From a virus, in UHGV virus genome UHGV-0157131: DNA of 42,387 bases. One strand, written 5' to 3'. Each line of letters begins with the position of its first letter. The stretch's first letter is position 1. This document shows, in pieces, positions 26,001 to 34,150 of the stretch. The notes beneath the pieces are model-generated. The model was given only the letters and a program-made list of their open reading frames with translations, had not been told where the DNA came from and did no database searches. The position numbers were made by a program, and so were the translations under genes.

Positions 26001-28931
26001 TCCGGACGGCTCTACATGCTCCAGAAGGAGGTCAACAACCTCAACGACAAGCTCAGCGAAAAGCAGAAGAAAGCCGCCGGGAAGAAACAGAGCGTTTCCG
26101 CAGAGGATAATGTCCCGGTTGAACTCTGGATGCAGCGTGTAGGAGAGACCCTGGCCGACCGCCTGGCATCCCGTGTAAACGCCCCGAAGGAAACCACCCG
26201 CACTGTGGCGCAGACCGTTCTTTCCGACCTCCAGCGATATGCAAACGAGACCGCGCCGAAGGCTCTTCCGACCGGAAAGAAGCGCACGGAGATGGACCGC
26301 ATCATGGACCTGTTCCAGAACCGCACCGCATACGAAGAGGCGTGGCAGGCGGCAAAGGACACGCTCTCTGATCGGTTTGAGGAAAACCCGGAGGCTCTTG
26401 CCGCTTTTGATGAGTGGCTGGACAGCTCTCTGGACTACACCAAACGACTGACCAAAGAATTGACCAACCAGGACGCCATTGTTATTGACGAGTCTCTTGC
26501 GGACGCCTATCTGAGCGCACAGACTGAGGCGGACCGTAAGGCAGCCTATGACCAGATCGTGCAGAGTATCGCAAATCAGATCCCGCCCACCTTTGCGGAT
26601 AAGTGGAACGCCTGGAGATATATGTCCATGCTGGCAAACCCCCGGACCCATATCCGGAACATTGTTGGCAACCTTGGCTTTCAGCCGGTTCGCCTGGCAA
26701 AGGACGAGATTGCCGCGCTGATTGAGGGCGGCTTGTCTCTGGCCGGAGTAAAGATGGATCGAACAAAATCGTTTGTTGCAGCTCCGGAGCTCTACCAGGC
26801 CGCTTGGAAAGACTTTTCCAATGTTGCAGACTCGCTTTCCGGCAGCAAGTACGGCGATGTGAGCAGCGAAATCAATGACCGCCGCCGCATTTTTAAGGCA
26901 AAGCCCTTGGAGCGTGTGCGGACCGGAAACTCGAATCTGCTGGAACTGGAAGATGTGGTATTCAAGCGTGTTACATATGCCGACGCTCTTGCAAAGTTCT
27001 TGCAGGCCAACGGCGCGACGGCGCAACAGCTCTCCTCTGGTCAGATCGACACGAATCTTTTGGATCGGGCCCGGGCCTACGCCGGCCAGCAGGCCTTGAA
27101 AGCAACCTATCAGGACCGGAATGCTGTTTCTGACAAAGTCGTTCAGTTGTCCAAAATGGCCGGACCATTCGGAGAGGCAATCATGCCGTTCAAGCGCACC
27201 CCGGCCAATATCCTGGTTCGCGGTCTGGAGTACAGCCCTGCCGGTCTTGCAAAGTCTCTCACGGTTGACCTTGCAAAGGTAAAGCAGGGGAAAATGACGG
27301 CGGCGGAGGCCATTGACAATGTGGCGGCCGGTCTCACCGGAACCGGGCTTATGGCTCTTGGCGCATATCTGTTTATGAATGGTATGGTAACCGGCGGTGG
27401 GGGAGAGGAGACGCAGGACGCGCTGGACGATCTGACCGGAAAGCAGAATTACGCCCTGAATCTCCCTGGCGGAGGCTCGATCACGCTGGACTGGCTGGCC
27501 CCTGAGGCACTCCCGTTCTTTATGGGCGTCCGTATGGCCGAGACATTGGGCGAGGATGGCGTGACCGGAGACGACATCATCGCATCCTTTGGCGCGGTTG
27601 TAGATCCCATGCTGGAGATGTCTATGCTCCAGTCCCTCAACGACTTGATCGACAGCGTGTCCTACGTGGACAGCGCCGGAAAAATTCCGGCAATCGCCGG
27701 TTCTGCGCTGGTAAGCTACTTCTCCCAGGGCGTCCCGACGCTGTTCGGGCAGGTGGAGCGAAGCGCAGAAGATGTCCGTATGTCCACCTATACGGACAAG
27801 GGCAGCAAGATCCCAACGGATGTACAGTATGCCCTTGGCCGGGCAAGCGCCCGTATCCCCGGACAGGACTACCAGCAGATCCCCTATATCGATGCCTGGG
27901 GCAGGGAAGAGGAGAGCGGTGCGCGCCCTCTGCGTATTTTCAACAACTTCCTCAACCCGTCCTATACCTCCACGGAAAACGTCACACCGGTGGACGCGGA
28001 GGCCCAGCGGCTCTATGACGCGCTGGGCGAGAGTGCCCGCATTGTTGTACCGAAGCGGGCGGAGAAATCCATCACCGTGGATGGAGAGACGGTCTATCTC
28101 GACGCGGATCAGTATGTGGAGTACGCCAAAAAGAAGGGCCAGACGGCCTATGATGTTCTGAGCGCCATCATCCAGACGGACGCCTACCAGAACATGAGCG
28201 ACGCGGACAAGGTTTCCGTTTTCGAGGATGTCTACCAGTATGCAAACGACATCGGCAAGATGGCGGTCAGCAACTACAAACCGGAAGACCTCACCGCAAA
28301 AATGCTCCAGACCGGCGTTTCTGCCGACAAGTACATGGTGTACTACCAGACGGCGGACGCTAACCGGGACGGGAATATTACGCAGGGAGAATCTGCTGCG
28401 GCTCTTCTCCCGGTGGCAGGACTTACGACACAGGAGAAGGGGAAGATCTGGCAAAACCAGAATAAGGACTGGAGCGCAGAGAAAAACCCGTTTACCGGAG
28501 CGCTTGCAAATGCCGGAATTTCTCCCAACCTGGCAACCGAAATCATGAACCGGTACAGCGAGATCAACAGTGCCGCATACAGCGGAAGCTCCGTTGCCCG
28601 TCAGAAGCAGACAGCTCTCTCGAAGTATCTGGATGGCCTCAAATTGAGCGAAAAGCAGCGGGCTGTGGTGGATGATACCTACAAATTCTACACCATGTTC
28701 CCGGCTGAGCCTATCGCGTACTCCGTAAACATGATGAGTGACGCGGCACAGGAAAAGTGGCCCATTGTGAAGTCTTACGGTATGAGCGAGTCCGATTATC
28801 TGAAATATTACCCAATTGTGTCCTCGAGCGAGAAGGGTAAAACGAAGGAGATGAAAATTCGTGAGTTGCAAGAGGCTGGCCTGAGTTATAATCAGGCAAA
28901 CACGTTCTGGAACATCGTGAAAAGCAAATAG
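23013..28931 (+). CDS. Large polyvalent/ejected virion protein with LPD3-like insert, LPD38-like region and EF-hand-like motif
   Basis: 1972 aa; Ala/Gly-rich N-terminus; AT-richer domain at ~24330-24815; MLANPRTHIRN, PFKRTPAN and WLAP motifs. Confidence 0.8.
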   Translation: MALSESRKKWYEEKLNALKKEDQKWEQSRQEYWASRPKPLPTATRVNKVDVQDERAAQSRDRVNTANQRMANLSAKQSGLLPLGSGERMEDVNSELSALRHEQDLVSQYNNDLSYRVKRGLGYGTERAGSALLGAAEGLTDIIGSGFYAGLSGLTSLGGLAPNPVSEWALDQGQAFLDNSVTRDWEESIEKRYKPTEAERKVTGIGQSVAQMLPAIGVSKVVGAAQAAPKAVSAAKGLLTGERVGQALFGLQAAGNAASQAKQEGAGLGQSVAYGAASGLTESLIERVSGGIPGLGKGVLDDVAARVASNPIVRNSLDILGEGGEEAVSAVLDPYLRRAMYDPDAKNATPQEIAEAAVTGAIAAGVLKGGIELPTAVGNTVSRVRTVRDSVGTNQDIAARVNASIAEGNGPFRPYEQNRTESKMDRVPGEYRAETPQNVEYPTVPIINLSMQNVADMNGGTLPASGNALRKQAISRARKNLGLDETGTIYIPASNVTRNGEEYILKITRSTLNKMLSPSNGGVVQPESLVVLDNIDRIANNGVYFKSEGDRKGRDQIAGYDHLMTTVYIDNQPYTVDMRVRVYDEKTGGGNTLYYFTPEEIITTKKVDADLPTGTLHERTMIQEAAPTSISTIPQNRSYGNQKAGQDIESLKRKTGIEVPIAQRTWEDASNRKVNAFQYDHPELRPYYQQAARELQTELLSGTKGERFAITDSDGYVTGYTGTKRSVSEPVAQARDNANLSYEQIQKAIDDLIADHGQENYAAAKKVEMVLDDMLTNGYTDVSGQYVEPNEAYVAARDGVFSAQQDGDSQYRMSEEEWNSIFAQDVGPESSVGAASYGFDPYTNLQGRYGTIQPGENPARVVDVPSRTEDHNKVSLTARTVMEAAATPDAAVPVIAQMVVDGRFSHIPVSNAQRAEMAENRIQKAGYQDALSNWRADVRAGKSSADITAMGAQLYNAAVNAGRTGEAMDILYDYTQAIRSGAQATQAARILKTLTPSGRLYMLQKEVNNLNDKLSEKQKKAAGKKQSVSAEDNVPVELWMQRVGETLADRLASRVNAPKETTRTVAQTVLSDLQRYANETAPKALPTGKKRTEMDRIMDLFQNRTAYEEAWQAAKDTLSDRFEENPEALAAFDEWLDSSLDYTKRLTKELTNQDAIVIDESLADAYLSAQTEADRKAAYDQIVQSIANQIPPTFADKWNAWRYMSMLANPRTHIRNIVGNLGFQPVRLAKDEIAALIEGGLSLAGVKMDRTKSFVAAPELYQAAWKDFSNVADSLSGSKYGDVSSEINDRRRIFKAKPLERVRTGNSNLLELEDVVFKRVTYADALAKFLQANGATAQQLSSGQIDTNLLDRARAYAGQQALKATYQDRNAVSDKVVQLSKMAGPFGEAIMPFKRTPANILVRGLEYSPAGLAKSLTVDLAKVKQGKMTAAEAIDNVAAGLTGTGLMALGAYLFMNGMVTGGGGEETQDALDDLTGKQNYALNLPGGGSITLDWLAPEALPFFMGVRMAETLGEDGVTGDDIIASFGAVVDPMLEMSMLQSLNDLIDSVSYVDSAGKIPAIAGSALVSYFSQGVPTLFGQVERSAEDVRMSTYTDKGSKIPTDVQYALGRASARIPGQDYQQIPYIDAWGREEESGARPLRIFNNFLNPSYTSTENVTPVDAEAQRLYDALGESARIVVPKRAEKSITVDGETVYLDADQYVEYAKKKGQTAYDVLSAIIQTDAYQNMSDADKVSVFEDVYQYANDIGKMAVSNYKPEDLTAKMLQTGVSADKYMVYYQTADANRDGNITQGESAAALLPVAGLTTQEKGKIWQNQNKDWSAEKNPFTGALANAGISPNLATEIMNRYSEINSAAYSGSSVARQKQTALSKYLDGLKLSEKQRAVVDDTYKFYTMFPAEPIAYSVNMMSDAAQEKWPIVKSYGMSESDYLKYYPIVSSSEKGKTKEMKIRELQEAGLSYNQANTFWNIVKSK
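24824..24899 (-). ncRNA. Putative antisense small hairpin RNA embedded in the polyvalent gene
   Basis: Promoter immediately upstream; outer stem AAGUAGGUGCAGCCUCC/GGAGGUCUGCAUCUACUU; inner stem GGUACGUU/AGCGUGCC; U7 end. Confidence 0.6.
24906..24934 (-). promoter_or_regulatory. Intragenic antisense sigma-A promoter
   Basis: TTGCCA(24934-24929)-17-TATAGT(24911-24906) with extended TG. Confidence 0.7.
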
Positions 28932-28940
28932 GAGGTATTT

Positions 28941-29207
28941 ATGGAAAATTTGGGTATTGCAAGCGTGGCGGCGATCACTGTGATCTGCTATCTGGTCGGC
29001 CTCGGAGTAAAGCTGACCCCGTTTGACAACAACAACCTTATCCCCGTGGTATGCGGAACGGTTGGCGCACTTCTCGGTGCCCTTTGCCTGTATCTCGGCG
29101 TACCTGAGTTCCCGGCCACCGACATCGTGACCGCCATTGCGGTCGGCATTGTCTCTGGCCTGGCCGCAACCGGCGTCAATCAGGCCATTAAGCAGATGAA
29201 GGGTTGA
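28941..29207 (+). CDS. Holin
   Basis: 88 aa, three TM segments; GIVSGLAATGVNQ. Confidence 0.88.
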   Translation: MENLGIASVAAITVICYLVGLGVKLTPFDNNNLIPVVCGTVGALLGALCLYLGVPEFPATDIVTAIAVGIVSGLAATGVNQAIKQMKG

Positions 29208-29509
29208 TGCCTATGGACAGAGCTCCCGTTACATTGGAGACACTGGCTGTCCGAATGGCCGCCGTTGAGCAGGCAATCCAAAAAAACAGCGAGGACCATG
29301 GGAAAATCTATGCCAGGTTGGAACACGGAGAGCAGGGGCAGGCTGTGATCCAGACGAATCTTGCCAACATCACAACCGTCTGCAACGAGATAAAGGCTGA
29401 CGTGAAAGACATCAAGGACAAACCCGCAAAGCGCTATGATGGACTGGTCAATGCGGTCCTCCAGTGGGCCGTAATTGCCCTGCTGAGCGCAAAGTCTTTC
29501 CTGGGGTGA
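29204..29509 (+). CDS. XhlA-like coiled-coil protein with C-terminal TM
   Basis: Coiled coil, KPAKRYD, hydrophobic end; overlaps the holin stop. Confidence 0.6.
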   Translation: MMPMDRAPVTLETLAVRMAAVEQAIQKNSEDHGKIYARLEHGEQGQAVIQTNLANITTVCNEIKADVKDIKDKPAKRYDGLVNAVLQWAVIALLSAKSFLG

Positions 29510-29513
29510 TTGA

Positions 29514-29885
29514 ATGGAAAATGAAAAAGACACCGTACTCTCTGTCCAGAACGAGGCACTTGGAGCGGCCGCTGAGCATATCAGAGGCCAGCGAAAAGCA
29601 AGAGCAGACTTGCGCGTACTTGCATACTGTCTGACGGCCCTCCTGTGCGTCTCTCTAGTGTGTGGAACGGTGTGGGGGTGCTACTCCATACACGAACAGC
29701 AAAAGACAATCCTGGAGCAGCAGTACGCACTTAATATGCAGTACGCAAGTCTCATGGAATATGTGGCTGGTGCAGAAATTGAAACAACCACAAACACGGC
29801 TTCTGCGGACGGCAGAGGGACTGCCGTGGCAGGAGATGGAAATACCACGGTAGTGGGAGGAGGTGACCTGAATGGCGACAGCTAA
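29514..29885 (+). CDS. Single-TM hypothetical protein
   Basis: VLAYCLTALLCVSLVCGTVWGCY then coiled coil. Confidence 0.7.
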   Translation: MENEKDTVLSVQNEALGAAAEHIRGQRKARADLRVLAYCLTALLCVSLVCGTVWGCYSIHEQQKTILEQQYALNMQYASLMEYVAGAEIETTTNTASADGRGTAVAGDGNTTVVGGGDLNGDS

Positions 29886-29985
29886 GAGCACTAAGACGGT
29901 CGTTCGTGGTGGCGGTACCAATTCCACCAAAAGCGGAACAAAGCCTTGCCCCCGCTGCGGCGGAACCGGAAGAGTGAAGGGCTGA
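29872..29985 (+). CDS. 37-aa basic peptide with CxxCxGxG motif (absent from the ORF track)
   Basis: RBS GGAGGAGGTG; MATAKSTKTVVRGGGTNSTKSGTKPCPRCGGTGRVKG*. Confidence 0.7.
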   Translation: MATAKSTKTVVRGGGTNSTKSGTKPCPRCGGTGRVKG

Positions 29986-29988
29986 TTT

Positions 29989-30246
29989 ATGGAAGAAGAG
30001 AAAGTGGTCCGGTTTCTTCGCTGCCCAGCTGCATCACTTGTTGATCTCGCTGTACAGATGGCAAACCTCACCTGGAAAGAGGAGCTTGCCATAGAACTGT
30101 GCGGTAGAAAGGCTATGACACAGGACCGGGCCGCTGAAAAGTCCGGTTATAGCGTGGACGCGATGCAAAAATGGTATCGATCCGGAATGAAAAAACTCTC
30201 TTCCGCCTGGGGCGGTCTCTGGTGGGTACAGAAACTTACAGAATAA
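29989..30246 (+). CDS. Sigma-region-4-like HTH regulator
   Basis: LTWKEELAIEL...MTQDRAAEKSGYSVDAMQKWYRSGMKKL. Confidence 0.75.
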   Translation: MEEEKVVRFLRCPAASLVDLAVQMANLTWKEELAIELCGRKAMTQDRAAEKSGYSVDAMQKWYRSGMKKLSSAWGGLWWVQKLTE

Positions 30247-30274
30247 AAGCAGGGCCACACGGCCCTGCTTTTTT
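30245..30274 (+). terminator. Terminator
   Basis: AAAAGCAGGGCC-ACAC-GGCCCTGCTTTTTT. Confidence 0.8.
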
Positions 30275-30419
30275 ACGGAAACAAAACGGGTATGGTCGGT
30301 GTGGTTTTCTCCCGAAATCAGGTATCGTTGAATTACGGGGGACGCTCCAAAGAAAATGGTCATGCGCGTCTACGCATGGCCTTTTCTGTCCCTCGAATTT
30401 TGAAAAGGAGTGTGCACAC

Positions 30420-30923
30420 ATGGCTGAATTCGCAAGCAAGGGCGTCGCTGGCGCTGGCCTCGGTCTCGGCATCGCTGGTACCGCGCTCGGTCTGATGAAC
30501 GGCGGCTTTGGTCTCCTGAGCGGCTGCAATAGCGGCTGGAATGGGGGAGGCTGCTGCTCTGAGAACACCCCGGTAAACCGCTATGAGCTCAACCTTTCTC
30601 AGGAGCTGGCCTCCAAGGACACTCGGATCGGTCTTCTGGAATCTCAGGTCTATGTCGATCAGAAGCTCACCGACGTGGTGAAGGACTATACCGGTCAGAT
30701 CAACGCTCTGGCTGCCGAGGTTCGCGCCAACAAGGACAACCAGACCGACATCAACCGGGAGCAGGCCGTCTACAACGGCGTCAACACTGCTACCATCAGC
30801 TGTCTGAAGGGCCAGATCGATTGCCTCATGGGCCTGACTAAGCTGGTCGTGCCCAACACCAGCGTCTGTCCCGGCTGGGGCAATGTCACCATTGCGCCCG
30901 CCATTACTCCGGCCACTGCCTGA
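30420..30923 (+). CDS. Gly-rich hydrophobic N-terminus plus coiled-coil protein (167 aa)
   Basis: ATG 30420 after AAGGAG; GVAGAGLGLGIAGTALGL; strong codon bias. Confidence 0.85.
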   Translation: MAEFASKGVAGAGLGLGIAGTALGLMNGGFGLLSGCNSGWNGGGCCSENTPVNRYELNLSQELASKDTRIGLLESQVYVDQKLTDVVKDYTGQINALAAEVRANKDNQTDINREQAVYNGVNTATISCLKGQIDCLMGLTKLVVPNTSVCPGWGNVTIAPAITPATA

Positions 30924-30974
30924 AAGACGGTTCAGCCGGTATCATTGACGGCTGAGAAACCGAAAAGGCGAACC

Positions 30975-31007
30975 AAAAAGGGGAGGGGGTAACTCCTCCC
31001 CTTTTTG
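30975..31007 (+). terminator. Terminator
   Basis: AAAAAGGGGAGGGGG-TAA-CTCCTCCCCTTTTT. Confidence 0.75.
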
Positions 31008-31025
31008 CTTGAAAGGAGTATTTTT

Positions 31026-31370
31026 GTGGTAAGCATGAATCAAATCCAGGCCGGCGTCATTCGGTATATTGATACGGAGATCCTGCCCCATCTGACCGGT
31101 GCAAAACGTATCGGTCTCGGGATTTACTCCGCTCTCGCGGCTCAGAATGTGGCCGGAATGGTCATGAAATACAAGGATCATCCTGCGGTCGAGGTATTGA
31201 GCGTCGTCGATGAAAATGGAAACGTGGACATTGACCGGCTCTATCAGGCTGCTGCCCCGATGTTTTCTAACGGTGAACGGCACACAATCACCATTCCTTT
31301 GGTCGGAGACATGACCGTAGACAAAACGGACCTGGAGAAACTGTACCGATACGTGAAGGAGGGCATATAG
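31026..31370 (+). CDS. Hypothetical protein (114 aa)
   Basis: GTG after AAAGGAG; coupled to the next gene. Confidence 0.75.
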   Translation: MVSMNQIQAGVIRYIDTEILPHLTGAKRIGLGIYSALAAQNVAGMVMKYKDHPAVEVLSVVDENGNVDIDRLYQAAAPMFSNGERHTITIPLVGDMTVDKTDLEKLYRYVKEGI

Positions 31371-31678
31371 TGAAAAAGATCGCAATGATCGTCGAGGACA
31401 TCCGGGAGGAGCTCAGAGGTGCTGAGCACTACGCCAAGCTGGCGACTCAGTACAAAATGGATGACGTTGATCTTGCCGACGCATACGCCTCCATGGCCTC
31501 GCAGGAGCTCTCTCATGTTGACTCTCTGCACTCCCAGGTCGTGCGTGTCATCAAAAAGCACAGGGCAGAAGGGAATACCCCTCCCGCTGGTATGATGGAA
31601 GTCTGGAATTTCGAGCATGAGCGCATGGTTGACAGCGTTGCGAAAGTCAAGGTGCTTCTCGAAATGTACAAGAAATAA
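31370..31678 (+). CDS. Ferritin-like four-helix protein
   Basis: EEL..A..Y and QELSH (ExxH) metal-ligand pattern. Confidence 0.7.
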   Translation: MKKIAMIVEDIREELRGAEHYAKLATQYKMDDVDLADAYASMASQELSHVDSLHSQVVRVIKKHRAEGNTPPAGMMEVWNFEHERMVDSVAKVKVLLEMYKK

Positions 31679-31708
31679 AAAAGAGGGGGAATCAATCCCC
31701 CTCTTTTT
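31678..31708. terminator. Bidirectional terminator between the late and early arms
   Basis: AAAAAGAGGGGGA-ATCAA-TCCCCCTCTTTTT. Confidence 0.8.
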
Positions 31709-32168
31709 CTTTTTGCAGCTCTGCCCAGGCTTTTTTTGCGATACGGTCTATGGTCCTCTTTGATACACCCAGCTTGTCCGCGATCTGCTCCTTTGTTTTA
31801 CCACGGAGAAGGGAGTGTAGGACTATGTACTCTCGGCTGCGCCTTGCAAAAGCCGACCGGATTCTCTTTTCCAAATCCTCTTTGCTGTCCGCCTCTTCCA
31901 CCTCCGCTTCCGCGAAACCCTCTGTCAACTCTTCCTGCGGCTTTGGCTGCCTGCGGAGATAATCAATGATGTTGTGCCGGATGCAAGTGTTTGCCAACGG
32001 CTCAAACGGTCGGTTTCCGTCCCAACGCTGTGCAGCCTCCCAAAGACCGATCAGGCCGCTTTGGATCGCGTCGTCATCCTCTGCGCAGTTTGGTGATACA
32101 GACCTTGCCACTCGGTCTACCAGCGGCCTGTATCGCTCTACCATGGAATCGCTTTCTGATTTCTTCAA
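31692..32168 (-). CDS. Phage sigma-70-family factor (regions 2 and 4)
   Basis: DAIQSGLIGLWEAAQRWD...IRHNIIDYLRR; TKEQIADKLGVSKRTI. Confidence 0.88.
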   Translation of the reverse strand: MKKSESDSMVERYRPLVDRVARSVSPNCAEDDDAIQSGLIGLWEAAQRWDGNRPFEPLANTCIRHNIIDYLRRQPKPQEELTEGFAEAEVEEADSKEDLEKRIRSAFARRSREYIVLHSLLRGKTKEQIADKLGVSKRTIDRIAKKAWAELQKEKEGD

Positions 32169-32172
32169 CCTA

Positions 32173-32403
32173 TCACCCAGCCCGGAACATCGGGCACTTC
32201 TTTACATGATATGTGCCTATCTTCACATACACGTTTTTCTTTTCAATCCACCGACTGACCAAGATTTTCGTCTTTTTTACGCTCCACCCAGGCACCGGCT
32301 GAAAGGACCGGCTCCACGGGCACCCTCTTGATCCGTCGGAGGATGGAACTGCGTTTGCGCAGCGCCAGCAGATGGTTTCAGTGATTCGTGTAGGCTTGCC
32401 CAC
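32173..32403 (-). CDS. Cys-rich hypothetical protein
   Basis: GTG start; TICWRCANA...GCPWSRSFQPVPGW...CP. Confidence 0.65.
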   Translation of the reverse strand: MGKPTRITETICWRCANAVPSSDGSRGCPWSRSFQPVPGWSVKKTKILVSRWIEKKNVYVKIGTYHVKKCPMFRAG

Positions 32404-32416
32404 CTCTATCCCTCCA

Positions 32417-32821
32417 TCACAGCAGCTTCCCGCCGTGCCGGTACGGACGCGTCCGGTTGTAGGCCATCTTCTCCTTGATGATGGACTCCATGTCCACGCC
32501 CTCTTTCCCGGCCCAGTCCAGAATCCGAATAATGCAGTCCGCCAGCTCCACGGCGATGCCTTCCGGCTTCTTATCTCTGGCTTTGCACGTCTCCCTGTTC
32601 TGCTTGCACCCTTCATTCATCTCACATTCGTACTGAGACTCAGGATCAGGGAACATACACCCGTGCCACACCATCGGCCGACCTGCTCTGTACTCCTCCA
32701 GCGCCTCGGACAGCTCGGAGTGCATCAGTGCCACCAGGTCCCCGAAAGACGGCTCTTTCTCCCACCAGCCATGATCCACGGAGATCTGGTGGGCTTCCTT
32801 TGCAAGTTCATTCAGGTTCAT
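32417..32821 (-). CDS. MazG-like nucleotide pyrophosphohydrolase
   Basis: ALMHSELSEALEEYR; ELADCIIRILD; KMAYN..R.YRHG. Confidence 0.85.
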   Translation of the reverse strand: MNLNELAKEAHQISVDHGWWEKEPSFGDLVALMHSELSEALEEYRAGRPMVWHGCMFPDPESQYECEMNEGCKQNRETCKARDKKPEGIAVELADCIIRILDWAGKEGVDMESIIKEKMAYNRTRPYRHGGKLL

Positions 32822-32904
32822 ATCTTCACTTTCTCCTTCCGACATTATAAGTACAGTTATGATGTTTGTTTACTTATTTGCAAATTAGTTGATTTGTTAG
32901 TTTA

Positions 32905-33198
32905 TTAATCAGTTGATCTTTCGCCGTAACTGCAAAAATCGTCCGGCTTAACCGGATAGTCCATGTCGTGCTTTCCCATTCTTGTACAACGGCAAATCAG
33001 GTTTCCATACCGATTCGTCCTGGTTTCTCGGTAGTGTTTGCACTCCCGGCAGCGGATCACCGGAACAGCGTCAACCGTTGGAGCTCTGTGCAAATCCTCC
33101 AGCTTTATAAACCACTCGCTTTTTGGAAAGCATCCACCTATTACCTGAAAAGAATATTTCTTCTTCCTGTTAAGTACGTCAGCATCAATCAGCCTCAT
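32905..33198 (-). CDS. Hypothetical phage protein (MRLIDAD type)
   Basis: MRLIDAD...APTVDAVPVIRCRECKH...DDFCSYGER. Confidence 0.8.
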   Translation of the reverse strand: MRLIDADVLNRKKKYSFQVIGGCFPKSEWFIKLEDLHRAPTVDAVPVIRCRECKHYRETRTNRYGNLICRCTRMGKHDMDYPVKPDDFCSYGERSTD

Positions 33199-33448
33199 GA
33201 GCTCCTCCGTCCATCTTTGCTCCGCAGTGAGGGCAATATAAATACTCCTCATTTCCTTTTAATTCCAAGTGCTGACATACTGAACACTTACAACTGATGA
33301 GTCCTGTTGACTCCCACCGTCCATGAACTACCGGCGCAACGTCGGCGGCCGGCAGTTTTCTTATTTTGCTCAGAGGAACGACAAGCGTATAATACTGGTC
33401 ATACTCCGCCAATAATTCGCAAAGATTACGGTCAATGTACTCCGCCAT
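33185..33448 (-). CDS. Zn-ribbon phage protein
   Basis: PAADVAPVVHGRW..CSVC...YCPHCGAKMD. Confidence 0.8.
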   Translation of the reverse strand: MAEYIDRNLCELLAEYDQYYTLVVPLSKIRKLPAADVAPVVHGRWESTGLISCKCSVCQHLELKGNEEYLYCPHCGAKMDGGAHEAD

Positions 33449-33641
33449 TCTTCTCGCCTCCGCTCACAATGGAATCCAACAGATCGAAAACTACAATGCA
33501 AGGCGCGCTTGCCCAAACAAACGGCCAGAATACCGTCATGGCCCACAGCTCTTCAAACGTTTTGCCCTTTCTCATTTCCAGCCATCTCAGGAAAGACGAT
33601 GTGATGATTGCTCCTGTTATGTACGGGAAAATAAATCCCAT
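33432..33641 (-). CDS. Small membrane protein
   Basis: Two hydrophobic segments with FWP motif. Confidence 0.6.
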   Translation of the reverse strand: MGFIFPYITGAIITSSFLRWLEMRKGKTFEELWAMTVFWPFVWASAPCIVVFDLLDSIVSGGEKNGGVH

Positions 33642-33643
33642 GG

Positions 33644-34141
33644 TTATTCTCCTTTCAGGATATTACCGGTCAGAATGTCGTTGTACAGTTTCTGAGCGTC
33701 TTCGGATAGATCGCTTATGTCATGCACTTCCGGCCACTTCCGCCTGTCAAACAGCTTACACGCAAGTCTGGACTGCGCAGGCGTAAACTCCCCGCGCCTT
33801 TCGTCGGTGTATCCGTACTTGTTCCGGCAGTACGGCCTTTCGCTGCACCGTCCACGGCATGTCCCTGGTATGCGCTTAAAATGATCACAGGCCCCGCATG
33901 TCATGCCAGTAGTACTGCTCAGGATCTTCACGCGCCCATCCCGGTCGGCCTCCACCAGCTCCCGCAGTCGCTCCAGGTCGTAGTCGCCGCCCAGGATGTC
34001 CGTCAAGTTGCAAAGCTGGTTAAAGATCCTTTGCAATCCGTCAAACGTGCCCTTGTCCAGGTCAAAAACAAAGTCCATATCAAACTCGGTGGGCACCGCA
34101 GGCTCATTACCGATTCTAATTACAAGCCGTTCCACGCTCAT
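33644..34141 (-). CDS. Hypothetical phage protein
   Basis: LERLRELVEADRDGR motif; C-terminal Cys cluster. Confidence 0.7.
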   Translation of the reverse strand: MSVERLVIRIGNEPAVPTEFDMDFVFDLDKGTFDGLQRIFNQLCNLTDILGGDYDLERLRELVEADRDGRVKILSSTTGMTCGACDHFKRIPGTCRGRCSERPYCRNKYGYTDERRGEFTPAQSRLACKLFDRRKWPEVHDISDLSEDAQKLYNDILTGNILKGE

Positions 34142-34150
34142 TCCTCCTTC

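Noticed and set aside
24924..28871. 1315-aa minus-strand ORF
   Set aside because: Antisense shadow of the GC-rich polyvalent gene; no recognisable motifs
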